The notes under the pieces were generated by a model, which made no database searches, had not been told where the DNA came from, and saw only the letters and a list, made by a program, of their open reading frames with translations. From positions 36,456,001 through 36,520,000 of the forward strand of contig CM052837.1 of the NCBI GenBank assembly GCA_028534125.1: a DNA stretch of 64,000 nucleotides, given 5' to 3'. This DNA is from Lama glama. Taxonomy: Eukaryota. Positions 12,101 through 25,434 of this stretch are shown one piece after another. Made by a program: the position numbers and the translations under genes. The first letter of the stretch is position 1. Each line of letters starts with the position of its first letter.

Positions 12101-15100
12101 TTCCCAGTGGGCGGACGGATGCCCCGTGGGCAAGGGAGGGGAGGTGGCTAGAGGCACGCTGCCTGGGTGACTCGGAGGACGTGGGATGCACTGGGCAGTA
12201 AGTGGACGAAAAGCAGCCGTGTGCACAGAGGGCGGGGCGGGTGACAGCGGATAAGCAAACAGGTGAGCCAGCGGGCTGGGAGGGTGACATCCAGGAGGTG
12301 GGAGGGGAGACTCGTGGGGAGGGGCCGAGGCGGAGGACGAGAGCGGATGCCTGGCGGGTACGGATGTGCCTGGCATGGGGGGCGGGCTGTACTGACCAGG
12401 GGGCGGCAGCCTCCCAGCCTGGCGCCCGCCCCTGCGCCTCACCTGGCACGAGTCCCCACGGTAGTTGGCAGGGCACATGCACAGCTCCACACTGCTGGCC
12501 GGAGGGCCCCCGCCCGCCTCACTGGCCACCTCCAGCGCCACCCTACGCAGGGAGACGGCCGAGGAGGTCTGCGAGAAGAGGGCGCGGAGCTGCAGCTGCT
12601 CCAGGCCGGCCAGCACCATCATGAGCTCCTCCCGGGACACGGCGTTGTGGGTCTCCATGTGCCGGAAGTTCCCCTGCAGGGCCACGACAGGTTCTCAGTG
12701 GGGCCACAAGCCCAGGGCACACAGGAGCCGAGCAGACCCTCCATGGGGGACGGGGCTCAGGTGACAGGGGGTAAGAAGAGTGACACGCAGCGTAGGCAAC
12801 TTCTGACCTCAGAGACAAATACTTTCTTAAGACACAAAAGCACTAACTGTAAATGAAAATCCTGTGAATTTGAGCAGGTTAAGAATAAGAGCTTCTGTTC
12901 ATCACGAGACACCTCAGTGAAAGGCTGAGGGGCTACGGGCCAGAAAACAGTGGCTACGTTCAGATCAGGACCAACACAGAGCGCCCCTGGAAGACAATAG
13001 GTCACAGACCCCACGAGCAGCTTGCAGAGGACCACGTGCCCATCAGGGAGCAGGGATCCGCAAGCGGCCCGGCATGCAGCCCAGGGAACCAGAAAGCAGG
13101 CGTGGCGGGGGGCGTCCCAAAGCACCCTGCTCCCAGGCTGCATCTTCTGCCATGGAGAGCAGGCACAGACGGCATTCTCCGCCGGGATCCAGGAGGGACC
13201 CGGCTGCCCAGGCCAGCCCCGCTCACCTCCACCAGCTGCAGCTCCCCTCGGTGAATGTGGCCCGGCACTGGGTACGCTGGCTCCAGGAACGTGATGCTCA
13301 TCTGGTTGCCCTAGGGGGCACGTGGGCGGATGAGGGCTGGGAACCGGGCTGCCCACTGTCCTGGCTCGGCCGTGCCCGCCACCCACCCTGCCTAGACCAC
13401 CCTGGCAGCCACCTTCAGCACCACGTCTGGACGGCTTTCCATGGGGATGAACACGTCTCCCCGCTGGGTCTCTGAGTGCAGTTCGTAACGGAGGGTCCCA
13501 CCATAGGACGACACCTGGAAGCCAGGCAGAGGGATGTGACCTGGCCAGACCCCGACCATGGGGCTGGGCGCTGGGCACCCTCCCGAGGCCCCGCCCCTCC
13601 GTGGACGCCGGCATCCTCACTGCTGTCTCCCCCTCAGGCCTCCAGGAGGCGCTCTCCCAGGGGCGACCGGCCTGCTCACCCGGTCTCCCAGGTAGGAGGG
13701 CGGGGCCTGCCAGTACAGCTCGGGGAAGGCCTCGGGCACACGCCGCAGGTCCGCGCGAAGCAGCATGGCCTCCACCTGCCGTTCGTGGGGCACCTCCTGC
13801 CGGTCACCGCTCAGCAGCGTCCAGCCCTCCATGTCCACGAACTGTGGGCACAGGGTGGGTCACGCAGGTGGACACCCTCACGTGTCGCAGGGCCCTGTCC
13901 TAAGTCCCTGCTGGCTGGGGGCTGACAAGTCCCCTCCCCGAGGCAGCACCACCCTTGGTCCCAGCCCGTCCTGCCCGCACACCTCCCGACGGGCGTAGGC
14001 CGAGCTCCGGCAGCGATCCGTGGCCCCGAAGCAGAAGCAGCGGGTGCAGCCTTTGGGGTTGGCGGCTTCCAGGGAGAACGTCCCAAGGCGGCACTGGTCA
14101 CACCTTGGGCCCTGCACGTTCTCCTGGGGGCGGGAGGGTGGGGCAGGGCGGTCAGCTGTGTGCCAGGCCACCTGGCCCGAGCTGGCTCACGGTCACCCCA
14201 CAGAAGGCCTGACTGTCCTGAAAGATGCCAAGAAGCTCCACCCCGAGAGGACGAGAGGCAGGACAGGGGTGGCAGGCCTGGCCCCGCTGGCCGCCCTCAC
14301 CTTGCAGTAGCACTGGCCCGTGAGGGGGTCGCACGTGCCGGGCGTGGAACCTGCTTCGTGGCAGTCACAGGGGTGGCAGCTGGGGTAGCCGTGGAACCCA
14401 GGAGCACAAGTGTCACAGCGGCGTCCTGCCACGTTGGGTCTGCACCTGTCAGGAGGGTTCAGGAGCTGGCTGGGCCTCCCCTCCCCCCGGCCCCTCACTG
14501 AAGGGAGAGACCACAGGTGCCCCCACCACAGTGGCACTGCCCCCCAAGAACTGAAGGAGGCGGCACCGCTGAAGCCGGGAGTGCTGACGGGGGAGCATGC
14601 GGTCAGGGCTTGCCGGCAGGCAGAAACGCATCCTGGCCAAGACTGCCCTGAGGCCACGGTGCCCTCCGACGCCAGCTCTCACCTGCACTGGCCGCTGTCC
14701 ACGTCACAGGTGGGGTCCGTGAGCTCCTGGACGCCGGGCCCCGAGCAGTTACACTCCTCACAGCCGACCAGGGGGTGGCAGCCGAAGGTCTGGGGCTGGC
14801 AGACGATGCAGTCGGGTGGGACGGTGCGGGGTGGGCAGATGCACTGGCCCGTGAGCTCATCACAGAGGCGGCCACCGCAGTCACAGGCTGTGGGCGCGTG
14901 CACAGCCCCAGTCAGGGGCCAGGACTGCAGGCACACCCACCCACCCCAGCCGGGTTCCACCCAGCTCCGGGCCCCAGCCCAGGCAGCCCCTCTGACGTGG
15001 GGTCAGCTGGTCAGAACGGTCTAGCCCCTGGAAACTTCTGGATGACCCTGCAAGGCCTGGGGCCTCCCAGGTTGGAGGCGGAAGGGCTGGTCCTCCGGGC

Positions 15101-18100
15101 TCCAGAATATTCCCCCGACCACTCTTTCCTGGAGGGCCCCCTTCATCAGGAAGCCCACTTGGGGTCCGGTGCCTCCCACCCCCGCCCCAGCACTGGTGGC
15201 TCTGGGACGGAGCTACTCACGCCTGCAGCTGGGGAAGCCCCAGTAGCCGGTGGCGCAGCGGGAGCAGTCGCGGCCAATGACATGGGCGCGGCAGGGACAC
15301 TGGCCCCCGAAGGCCTCGCATGTGGAGCCCGTGGCGCCCACTTCGTGGCAGCTGCACGGCCGAGCCCCGTTGTTGTAGAAGAGAGAGAGGGAGGCGGCGG
15401 CGTGGCGGCAGAAAGGGGGCGAGCTGTCGGGGCTGCAGCGAGCGGCGGGTGGTGAGGCCCGCTCCCGGCTTGGACCCCGCAGTCCAGACCCCCATCCCCG
15501 CCCGGCCCCAGGCCTGGCCCACCTGACGTGGTAACCATGGGCGGCGCACTGGCTGATGAACTCGTAGGATTTGTCCAGGGGCTCCTCCTGGAGGTAGCTG
15601 GGGCTGTAGGCGTCCTCAGGGACCACCAGCACGTAATCCTATGGCATCAAGGCCTGGTCACTCTACCCTGGCCGGGGCAAATCAGCAGGGCTCCTCTGCA
15701 ACCAGCCAGGCTCTGGCTGGGCAGCTGAGACAGTGATGGAGGCAAGCCTGGTCTCGAGTCCCAGCAAGGCTGGCAGGTACCAGGTCCCTGCCTGGGTCGC
15801 TCATGGGGGAGGCCACCCTCTACGGCCAGCTGAAAGCTTGGGGAGTGAGGTGGCAGCTCTGATGGAGAGCCCCACCCCTATCCTTTTCTGCTGGATGCCT
15901 GCCTCCATCCTCCAGGCAGGCCACTCTGACCAGCAGGGCCCAGGGGGCTGGTGGGCAACACCTTGGTTCTTAGAGCCCTCAGGAGCCCCCCATAATGGGT
16001 CTGAGGTGCCCAAAGGCTGCTTCCCCCAGCACCTGGCACAGGGCGGGGCTACAGCAAGCAGGGGGCACACTCCGGCTGAGTGACCCACGGTGGCTTGACC
16101 AGTGGAGGACAGCTGGTCCCTGAGCAGGCTCAGGACGTCCACACACAGACACCAGCCTCAAGACTCACCAGCCAGAGCCACCGGCCCTCAGGCACGCGCA
16201 CGGTCACTGTGAGCTCGCTGTCGGTCACGTCCAAGACGGCCCGGCCCTCACACACCACCAAGGTGCGGCAGCCGTAGCCGTGTGGGCAGAAGCTGGCGTT
16301 GGCGTGGCCTGGAGGAGGAAAAGTGGGTCAGTACCCCAAGCACACAGACTGCCCCAGGCCCATGGTCTCATGGCCTCACCCAGGGCCCTCCTGGAGTCAC
16401 CAGAGAGGAGGGGGCCCACAGACAGCACCAGCCACCAAGGAGCGCGCACGCATGACACAGCATGGCTGTGTGACCGGCCTGTGGAGGCCCACGTGGCTGG
16501 GCCCGCTCACACTGTGTGAAACAGCCACGGTCAGGCACCAGGCTGAGGCGCAGGCCCCTGGGGTTGGTGGAGTGGGACAGGCAAACAGGTGGGGACACAT
16601 GTCAGTGAGCCCTTGATCACCTGAGCCGGTGACGGCGTGAACTCGGAGTCACAGCACAGATGCGGAGCAGGGTCTGTGCAGGGGCCAGGGGGCCGGGGCT
16701 GCCCCTGCAGAGCGCCCGGGGGCACCTCACTTGAGAATGGAGAGCACGACAGGGCGTGCGGGCCTGTCACTCACACCAGGTGACGGGCACTGTGCTGTGG
16801 CCCCTGCGAGCCACGGAACCAGCCCACGTCGTGTGGTACCACACGCTGGGCCACGTGGCGAGACCCCCGGCAGGCTCCTCGCCTGGTGTCCTTCCCGCTA
16901 CCACCCGCCACAGCCACTCACCCTGCCAGACGCGGCCCCCGTTGATGAGAACCTCCACGGCGAAGGCGGGGTGAGCCGGCTGGTAGCCGTGCAGCAGGAA
17001 GGCGTAGCGGCCCAGGGCGGGCACGTGGGTGGTGAAGACCACGGTGCCCTGTGGGGAGAGGCCCCGGTGAGTGGGCGGAGGTGCGGGGACGTGGAGGGCG
17101 GGGGGCTGTGAGCCCCACCCAGCCCACACACTGTCCCTCCCGGCCGGGGCCTCACCTTGGGGTGGCGCAGCAGGGTGGGCTCCACATCAGGGTCCACGGC
17201 AGTGGGGGGCCGAGGCTGGGGCCCGGATGGGGGCGCACCTGGCGTGAGCTCCTGCGAGTGGGTCAGCGGGCGGCCAGGTGGCAAAGGCAGCACCTGGCAG
17301 TCCCTGAGCACGATGGGCCGCGGCGGCTTTGGGAAGCGGGAGGGCAGGCAGGCGGCACTGCGGGGGAGCACAGGGGTGAGTTCCCAGGTCCCGGCCAACG
17401 CCCACGGGCCATTTGGTCCCCTTCTGGCCCCACTACCTGCCAAGGCCGAAGGCACCGTGACTGCTGATGCAGTGGACGCGGGGCTCCACAAACTCCGAGC
17501 TGAACGTCTCCACGGGCACCAGGGTGACACTGCGCTGCAGGTGGAGAAGCAGGCGTGGGTGCGGGGTCCATACACGCTCTCCGCACCAGGTCCCCAGCCC
17601 TGCTCTGCCCGCCTCTCCCAGCCCTCGCCCATGGGTGGTCTTGGGGCCTGGAGTGCTCCCCAGCTCTCCCTGCCACGTGCCCTGATGCTAGCTCTGCTCA
17701 CAGGGACAGGGACTCGCACAGGAGGGCGCTCCATGAGCACGGGGTCCTGAGTGGGCATTCCTGCCCTGGGCAATCTACAACGGTGTCGGAACGAGTGTGA
17801 CCAACAGCAGTGTGTCTAGAAAAACCCCACAGCAAAGACAGAGCTGCAGGACCAGGGCCACGCCATACCCATCTTTGACACAGTGTCGGCAACACCAAAG
17901 AACATGTGTGATTCCAGTTACAGAAAGTTCCAGAACAGGCAGGCTAGGCGGTGCTGTGAGTGTTGGGCAGTGGCTACCCGGGGTGGGGGCCTGAGCGGCA
18001 GGCGTGTGGGGTGGGCCCCTGTCCTTCCTGGCCTGGCACGGTGGCGACTCGCTGGGCTGTGCTCTGTGGGCACAGCTCCATGGAGAGTCTACAACGACCG

Positions 18101-21100
18101 AGCCTACGACCGCTGTGCTGCGCAGGAGGGCACAGCGGCAGGGGCGGCGGTGTCGGAAAATCAGGAGACAGCACGTGATGCGTTATTCAGCAACGGGGGA
18201 GAAACGCACTGACTCTGGAGGGTGGAACTAGGTGGGGCAGGGGATTACTCCTTTTTGTTCGAGTCTCTTCAACGTTTGATGCTTGTATGAAAATGTGTGA
18301 ATATATTACTCTGCTAAAACTTTTAAAGGCCTGGGGAAACAAAACACAGTAAGATTGCATGATACTCTGGTAAGAACAAACGCCATTGTTTGTTACTCAT
18401 CAAATAAACACCAATGCCTAGTTCTGGGCATCAAAACAGTGAAGATGATTGCACAGGCTTTTGTGGTTACAAAGCAGGTTTTCGGCAGAGGGTGAGTCCT
18501 GCGATTTAGTTTTCAACTCTGCGAGGCTTGACACAAGCAAGCTACCCGGCTGCTGGTGAACCCGGTTCAGGACCCATGCTGTGTGGACCGCTTCCTAATC
18601 TGGGAGGGGCCTTGCTCACACGGCGTTACATTTTTGTAACTTACACCAAAAAGCATTAAAACTGCTCCTCCTTTCTGCTCTGCCGCCGGGGCATCGTGGT
18701 TCATCTCACGCAGCCGTGGGTATTACTTCTAAATAAACATTTCATACCCACAGGGGAAAAAGGCCCTGCAGGTGAGGGGTTCCCAGAAGAACTGGGCCGG
18801 GTGCGAGCTAACGGTGGGGCTGGGGTGGGTCCCTGGGCTCATCGCACTCCTCTCCTTTTGTGCATCTTTAAAATCTTTGGAAAGACCTAACCCGACCGCG
18901 GGGCTCAGGTGAAAGGGTGGGGGCCTCACCAGGAAGAAGCGAGCCTGCTCAGCCGTGAGCCGGACGCTAGCCTCCGTGTCCAGGTGGAAGACGGCCAGGT
19001 GGCGCTGGGCGTCCAGAGCAGTGCCCCGGCACAAGGTGCTGGGGGACAGGGCAGGGGCAGTCAGCCTGCCGGGCGGCCCTGGGGCCCCAAGCCCACCCGC
19101 CCAGCCCCCAGACCTCAATCCTCTCCCCACACACCTGTATGGGCAGGGGTGGAGGGTGAGCGCCCCCTGCTGGGGGTCCCGCTGGGGGCTGTGCACGGCC
19201 ACGTCCACCTCCTGGCGGGCATCCTCGTTGGCGTACTCCACCACCAGGGCATAGCGGCCCGGCTGGGGCACTGCCACCTGAAGCTGGATGTCCACCTAGT
19301 GGGGCAGGCAATGTGAGGTCCCCACCCCAGTCCCCCACCTGGAGAACAGGACACAGCCGGACAAGGCCCTTCCCACCCTCTGCCCCACCAGGTCTCAGGG
19401 CCTGTGCACTGGCCACCCCTGCTGCCTGGGGCACCTGGCCTTCCAACCTCTGCTCAGTCTGAGCTCCTGTGCCCGCCTGCGGCCCACTGGCCTCGTCACT
19501 AAATAATGCCCAGTGCCTGGAAGAATCAATGACCTGACAGTTCCTCACAATAAACTGGAGAGCTGGCCATCAATACCCCATTTTCAGATGAGGCCCGAGG
19601 GTGCCGACTCCCAAGGTCTAAGCCGTGGAAGGCAGCAGGTGCCCTTGGAGCCGGCCGGCTGGCCTGGAGCCCGGGATCCACTGCCTGTGACCTGCCCACG
19701 TCACGCTTGCCCTGCCCGTGTCCCATCACTACTACGTGGACCCCATCCTCCAGGCCAAGGGCACGACTCCCCCAGGTCTCAACTCTGCCCACCCTCGGGG
19801 GTCCTGGGGACACGCACATCACTGCCCCGGCAGGCGACCAGCAGTGGATGTGAGGGGCTGAGCTGCTCCGTGGGGCAAGGCCGGGGTAGGCTGTTGTCAT
19901 GGCGACACAGGGCCTCAGGCCCAGCGGCGGAAGGGAAGCCGTCCAGGGGCAGGTGGGTGTAGAGGAGGCAGCTGGGTGGGGACACAGAGTCTGTGGTCAG
20001 CACGGGGAGGGCGGTGAGAGCCCAGGGAGGGCTGGGCCCCCCGCCCCCGCCAGGCTAGCCCTCACTTCTCCCCGGAGCGCTGGGCAGCAGGCCGGAACGT
20101 GCAGGGCTCAGTCACCCGCAGCTGCAGGAGGGCCGCCTCGTAGTAGGCACTGGGCAGCAGGACCACATAGTCCTGGGGGGCAGGGCGGGAGGTCAGGTGC
20201 TGCCGCCCTCGCCCTGGCCCCTGCCCCGGCCCCAGCCCGCTCAGCCCCGCCTCACCAGGAGCACTCCTTCGGCTTCCAGGAACAGGGCCCAGTTGCCGGG
20301 GTTCAGCACGAAGGGCTCCCCGAGGCCCCTCCCGGGCACGGTGACGAAGGCAGGCTCTGTGCTGGGGGGGAAGGCCACGGGCTGGCTCTGCTCTGTGCCT
20401 GGGGGCAGAGACGGCCAGAGTCCTGGACAAGCGCACGGGCTGCACCTCCCCAGGGCCAGTGGACACCCGCATGTGGGAGTGAGGCAGGGGCTGGGGGGCT
20501 GGGAAGGGGGTGGGAGAGGGTGCTCCCCAACACCCTGCACTCACAGTTGGCACAGGCGGCAAACGTGCCCAGGTCCCGCACGGAGACCCTCCCGCTCACA
20601 CTTGTGGGCCCGCGGTTGACATATCGAAAGACGAGCCGGAAGAGATCAGGGGAGGTCACGTTCAGCCTGGCCACGATCCTGGGCTGGGGGGGCGGTGGGC
20701 ATGGAGAATCAGGGTTGCCCCTCCCTGGCCATTCCCAGTCCAGTCCCCGGACCTCAGGGATCTACCCACGCATTCCGCTGGGCACACCAGGACCTCTGAG
20801 CCGGGCTCCAGGTCGGGGCAGCGCCGCACCCACCTGGATGGCAGCCATCTGTGCGTAGCCCCTCCAGCTGAAGTTCTCGAACTCAAGGGGGTTGAAACCG
20901 AAGCGCACAGCGTGGCCCTCGGGCGTGGCCGCCTCCTCCAGCTCCAGGCGCAGGTGGTGCAGATCAGGGAGGAAGTGGTCCCGCACTGGCCTGGCCACAG
21001 CAGGGGTGGTCAGGGCAACCGTCACCCAATCTGGGCAGGGTGGCCACTTTTCCTACACAGCTCACCAGCGTCCCCAGGGAGAAGCCCAGTGGACAAGCTC

Positions 21101-24100
21101 CCACCCCGGCCCCCCAGGCCAGCTGGGGTAGGGGCACCCACTCGCTGCAGGTGGGGCCCTGGGTGTTGGGGCGGCAGAGGCAGGCGCCTGTCCTCAGCTC
21201 ACAGCCCTGTCCCAGGGCACCGCCAACGTCGCACCGGCAGCCTGCAGGGAGGGAGCATGGTCAGTGCAGCCCAGCCCCCAGCCCCGCAGGACTCTGCTCC
21301 ATCCTCCCTCTGGGAACAGCAGCAGGGGCTGAGAAGACAACTTTTATCTCCCGCTCGGGGCTGTCTGGGGCTCGGGACATGGAGGCTCTGAGTCCAGGCG
21401 CGAGGGCACAGGGACTGATTAGCGATGCCTGCCCGGGACACGAGATGCAGGTTAGGACCGTGGCCAAAACCACCTCCTCTCTCCAGCGCCCAGTGCCTCA
21501 GCCTCCCCAGGACGTGGCCCAAGGACCAAGCAAGTGGGCACCTACCACGGCAGCCAAAGTAGTCGGCCTGGTCCAGCCCGAAGAAGCCATCCTTGCAGGC
21601 TGAGCAGGTCTGGCCGCAAACGTGGGGCTTGCAGAAGCACTGGCCGCTGCCCTGCGAGCCGAGGAGAGAAGGTGGGACCACGCAGAGGAGGGGCCTCACA
21701 CACAGCCCACGGCCCCCAGCGCCTTGGCCCCAGACTCACCGGCTGGCACTCCGCAGCTCCACCCAGCGTGCCCCTGGGGTCGCAGCTGCAGCCTGGGGGA
21801 GGGGCAGAGCAGGCCTGAGAGCGGGGGAGGAGCAGGAGGGCCGGGCCTGTCCCTACCCTGGACCATTGGGGCCAGTCCTCACTTCCCTGCCATGACAGGA
21901 CCCCCCCCAGCACCCTGCCCCCTACTCAGGGAAGACTCACGGGTGCAGCCCTCGGGGTTGCCAGGACTTAGCCCCCAGAACCCGGGTTTACAGCGATCGC
22001 AGCTTGGCCCCTCCACGTGAGCCCGGCACGTACAGGGGGCCTGCGCCTGGGAGAGGATGAGACTGAGCGTCAGGGTGGGTCCCTGCCCTCCTACCCACAA
22101 ACCCTCAGCCCTGGAGCCCTGCTCCATCTCTGGCATGGCCCAGGGGCAGGGACAGAGGACCAGCCAGGGGAACAAATGGGCCCTGAGGTTGCCATGGTGA
22201 CCAAGGGACAGGGGAGGTGACAGTCTCTCTGGAAGTGACGGCCTCAGCTCCAGAGGGCTGACCAGGGCTCACCTCAGGAAGGACGTGGTCATCTGGGGCC
22301 AGGCCGGCAGGGTGGCAGGAACCAGCTGCAGAGAGATGTGCAGGCCATCGTCATTACTCAGTCACTGACTCTGATGGCCAAGGGCTTCCCCAGGCCTGGC
22401 CAGGACCCAAGGCTCCGTGGGAGCAGCACACCCGCCTCCCACACATGTGAACACGTGCATGTGAACAGCATGAAATCAGGTGTGGCTCTGCGTGCTGGTC
22501 CCCACCACAGAGCACACGGTTACAAACATGCAGTGAGCACAGAGCACGCAAACACCTGTGAGTGAACAGGCACTGCGTGTGAGCGGCCAAGCGAGCGCAC
22601 ACACGCAGGTGAAGGCTCACGTCCACAGACCACGCGACGACGTGCATACACAGTACACCGACACGATCGTCGTGTGAATGCAGCGTGTCACCCAGGTGAA
22701 CACAGGTGAGAGCACGCGGAGCACACACGCCGCCAGCCTCACCTTCGCAGGAGGGGAAGTTGTAGGCACCGGGCACACACACGTCACACCGCAGCCCCAT
22801 CACTCGGGGTCGGCAGCTGCACTGCCCACTGCGGGGGTCACAGGCTGCGTGCAGAGAGCCTTCGGGGGAGCAGTGGCAGGCTGGGGAGGAGGGCAGGCGT
22901 GAGCACGTGGCGGGGACACGCTGCCCTCCCCCCTGCCGCAGGGCACTCACGGGCACAGTCAGGGAAGCCATGGAAGCCAGGGCTGCACTCCCGGCAGGCG
23001 GCCCCCGCGTAGCCAGGGCGGCAGCGGCACAGCCCGCCCGCGCTGCAGAGCTGGTCCAGGGACCCCCGGGGGTCGCAGGCGCAGGCTGCAAAGGATGTGA
23101 GGTCAGGCCCCAGAACACCGCGGGGGCCCCCAACCCACCCAGGCTCCCCCGCCTCTGCTCACCCTGGCAGTCAGGGTAGCCGTGGTGGCCGGGGCGGCAG
23201 TGATCACAGTGAGGGCCATCGAACTCAGGCCAACAAAGGCAGCGGCCAGACTCGTCACAGCCCTCGGGCAGGGTCCCTGCGGGGCTGCAGCCACACACTG
23301 CGAGCCAAGAGGTGCACGGGGGGCGTCCCTAAGACATGCTGGCCGGGCCCCGGGCCCCATCCCCCTGCCCACCGGGAAGGCCTCGCTCACGCTGGCAGAG
23401 AGGAAAGTGGAAGTAGCCGGGGGCACAGCGGTCGCACGCGGCCCCCTCGAAGCCCGCCCGGCACGTGCACTGGCCCGAGTCGCGGTCACAGTTGCCGTCC
23501 GCCACTCCGGGGCTGGTGCACTGGCACGCTGTGGGGAGGGGCAGCCACGCTGGGTCAGGGAAGGGCCAGGGCCCCGGGATCCCCGGGGGACAGGGCGGGG
23601 ACGAAGCTGGACTCACGCCGGCAGCCCGGGCCGTAGAACCCCGGGGCGCAGAGCTCGCAGTGGGCGCCCTGGAAGTTGGGCTTGCACACGCAGCGTCCCA
23701 CCCGTGGGTCCTTCCGGCAGGCGTTGCCCTGGGTCCCGGCGGCGCTGCAGTCGCAGTCTGGGGGGGGAGGGGAACCTCAGAGGCCTCCCCGCTGGAAACC
23801 CTCCCTTCTCCACAAACTCAGCTCCTTACACCTTTATACTGCACTCGTGCAAAACGGAAAAGGCAACGCAAATCTGACAAGGGGGTGCTGCTGTCTCGGG
23901 AAAACGGTGGCGGCGGCGAACTCAGGGCCGCCGTAGGCGCACACAAACTCGCGTCTGTGATGCAGATACCAGGTCGCCTGCAGGCGTTGCCACGGCCAGA
24001 GAAAACGACAACAAAACCGCCCAGGAGAGCAGAAAACTCTGCCCTTTAAAATTAACCCTGGGGATTAGGAGGAAGGAGGAAGGGCTGGCTAGCTGTCTTC

Positions 24101-25399
24101 ACTCATGCACAAGTGCTGTTTGGTTTTGTTACCGACAGAAAAACAGGCTTAACGTTAGTCAGAACTGCGAGCGCGCGCAGCCTCGGGCCAGATCAGACAT
24201 GGAAACTGAAGTCCCCGCCCTCCGAGGAGGAAACGGAAAGCGACTGAGTCGACCCAGCAGGAGTCAGGGAAGGAAAAGCTGAAGCACAAAGGGAGAAACG
24301 ACGCCATCAGGGCAGGGCAAGCCCACGGCAGCCACAGCCCCTCTGCCAGCGGAGATACACCCAAAGGTGCTGGCTGGACTCTCGAAGGAGAACCTGGGCC
24401 TGCACCTTGAAGAGCCAAGGACCCGGACAGGGGAAAAAGAGCTCTGAAAGGGAGGGTGGGGCCAGACACAGAGCAGGTGAGCGCCGAGGCCCAACAGCCA
24501 GGGAGCCCAAGGCACACACACCAAGGCAGACGAAGCGGGGGTCGCGTGCCGAGAAGGCGGACTTGCCCCCAGAGACAGAGCAAGCCCGAGCTCCACGAGC
24601 AGGATACAGCGGTCACGAGGCCCTGAGACTGAACCTGTTGAAACCGCGAGGGGAATCCGGCAAAACCACCATTACAGAGAGAAAGGCCGAGTTCACTGTT
24701 CCCAGGATGTGACAAACGTTCAGAACAGGGTGGATTTAAAAGGCACAGTAAACAGATGTGCTGTGGTAGATGTATGCACAGGAATCTGTCCCCGACAGAG
24801 AACACACGCCTAGAACAATCTAAAAGGGGTCATACTCCAGGTGAGAAAGAAAATCTCAAATTCCAAAGGCAAAAAGCAGAAATTACCAGGCTACCAAATC
24901 TGACCACGATGCAGTAAAACAAGGGCTGAACCGTCAAAACACGGGCGGGAAAGGAACCCCAACCACCTGAAACGACAACTCGGGTCAAGAGGAAAATGAA
25001 ACCTGAAATGACGCACTGCCCAGAAAGGGACAGCAGTGAGGGCACAGGACGTCAACCCCACGGGCGACGCGCAGCAGAGTGGCACTCTGGCTGGTAACTC
25101 TCCGTGCGGGAGTGGGGACTGTCCCGGTCACTGTGGGACACTTTCCAGCATCCCTGGCCCCCGCCCACCAGATGCCAGTGGTACCCTCCCCCCAGTTCTA
25201 ACAACTGAAGAGGTCTCCAGACATTTTCCTGTGGATCAAAATCACTCTTGCTTTGAACATTTTGTGGATAATTAAGAGACAAAAAATAATAATTAACTCA
25301 AGAAGCAATAAAAAGAGTAATAAATCAAAAGAAAGTAGAGAAAAACAAATACTGCTACAATCTCATTTAGTCTCTACAGCCTCACTGCTGTAGGATCTT

Positions 25400-25434
<35 letters not shown>

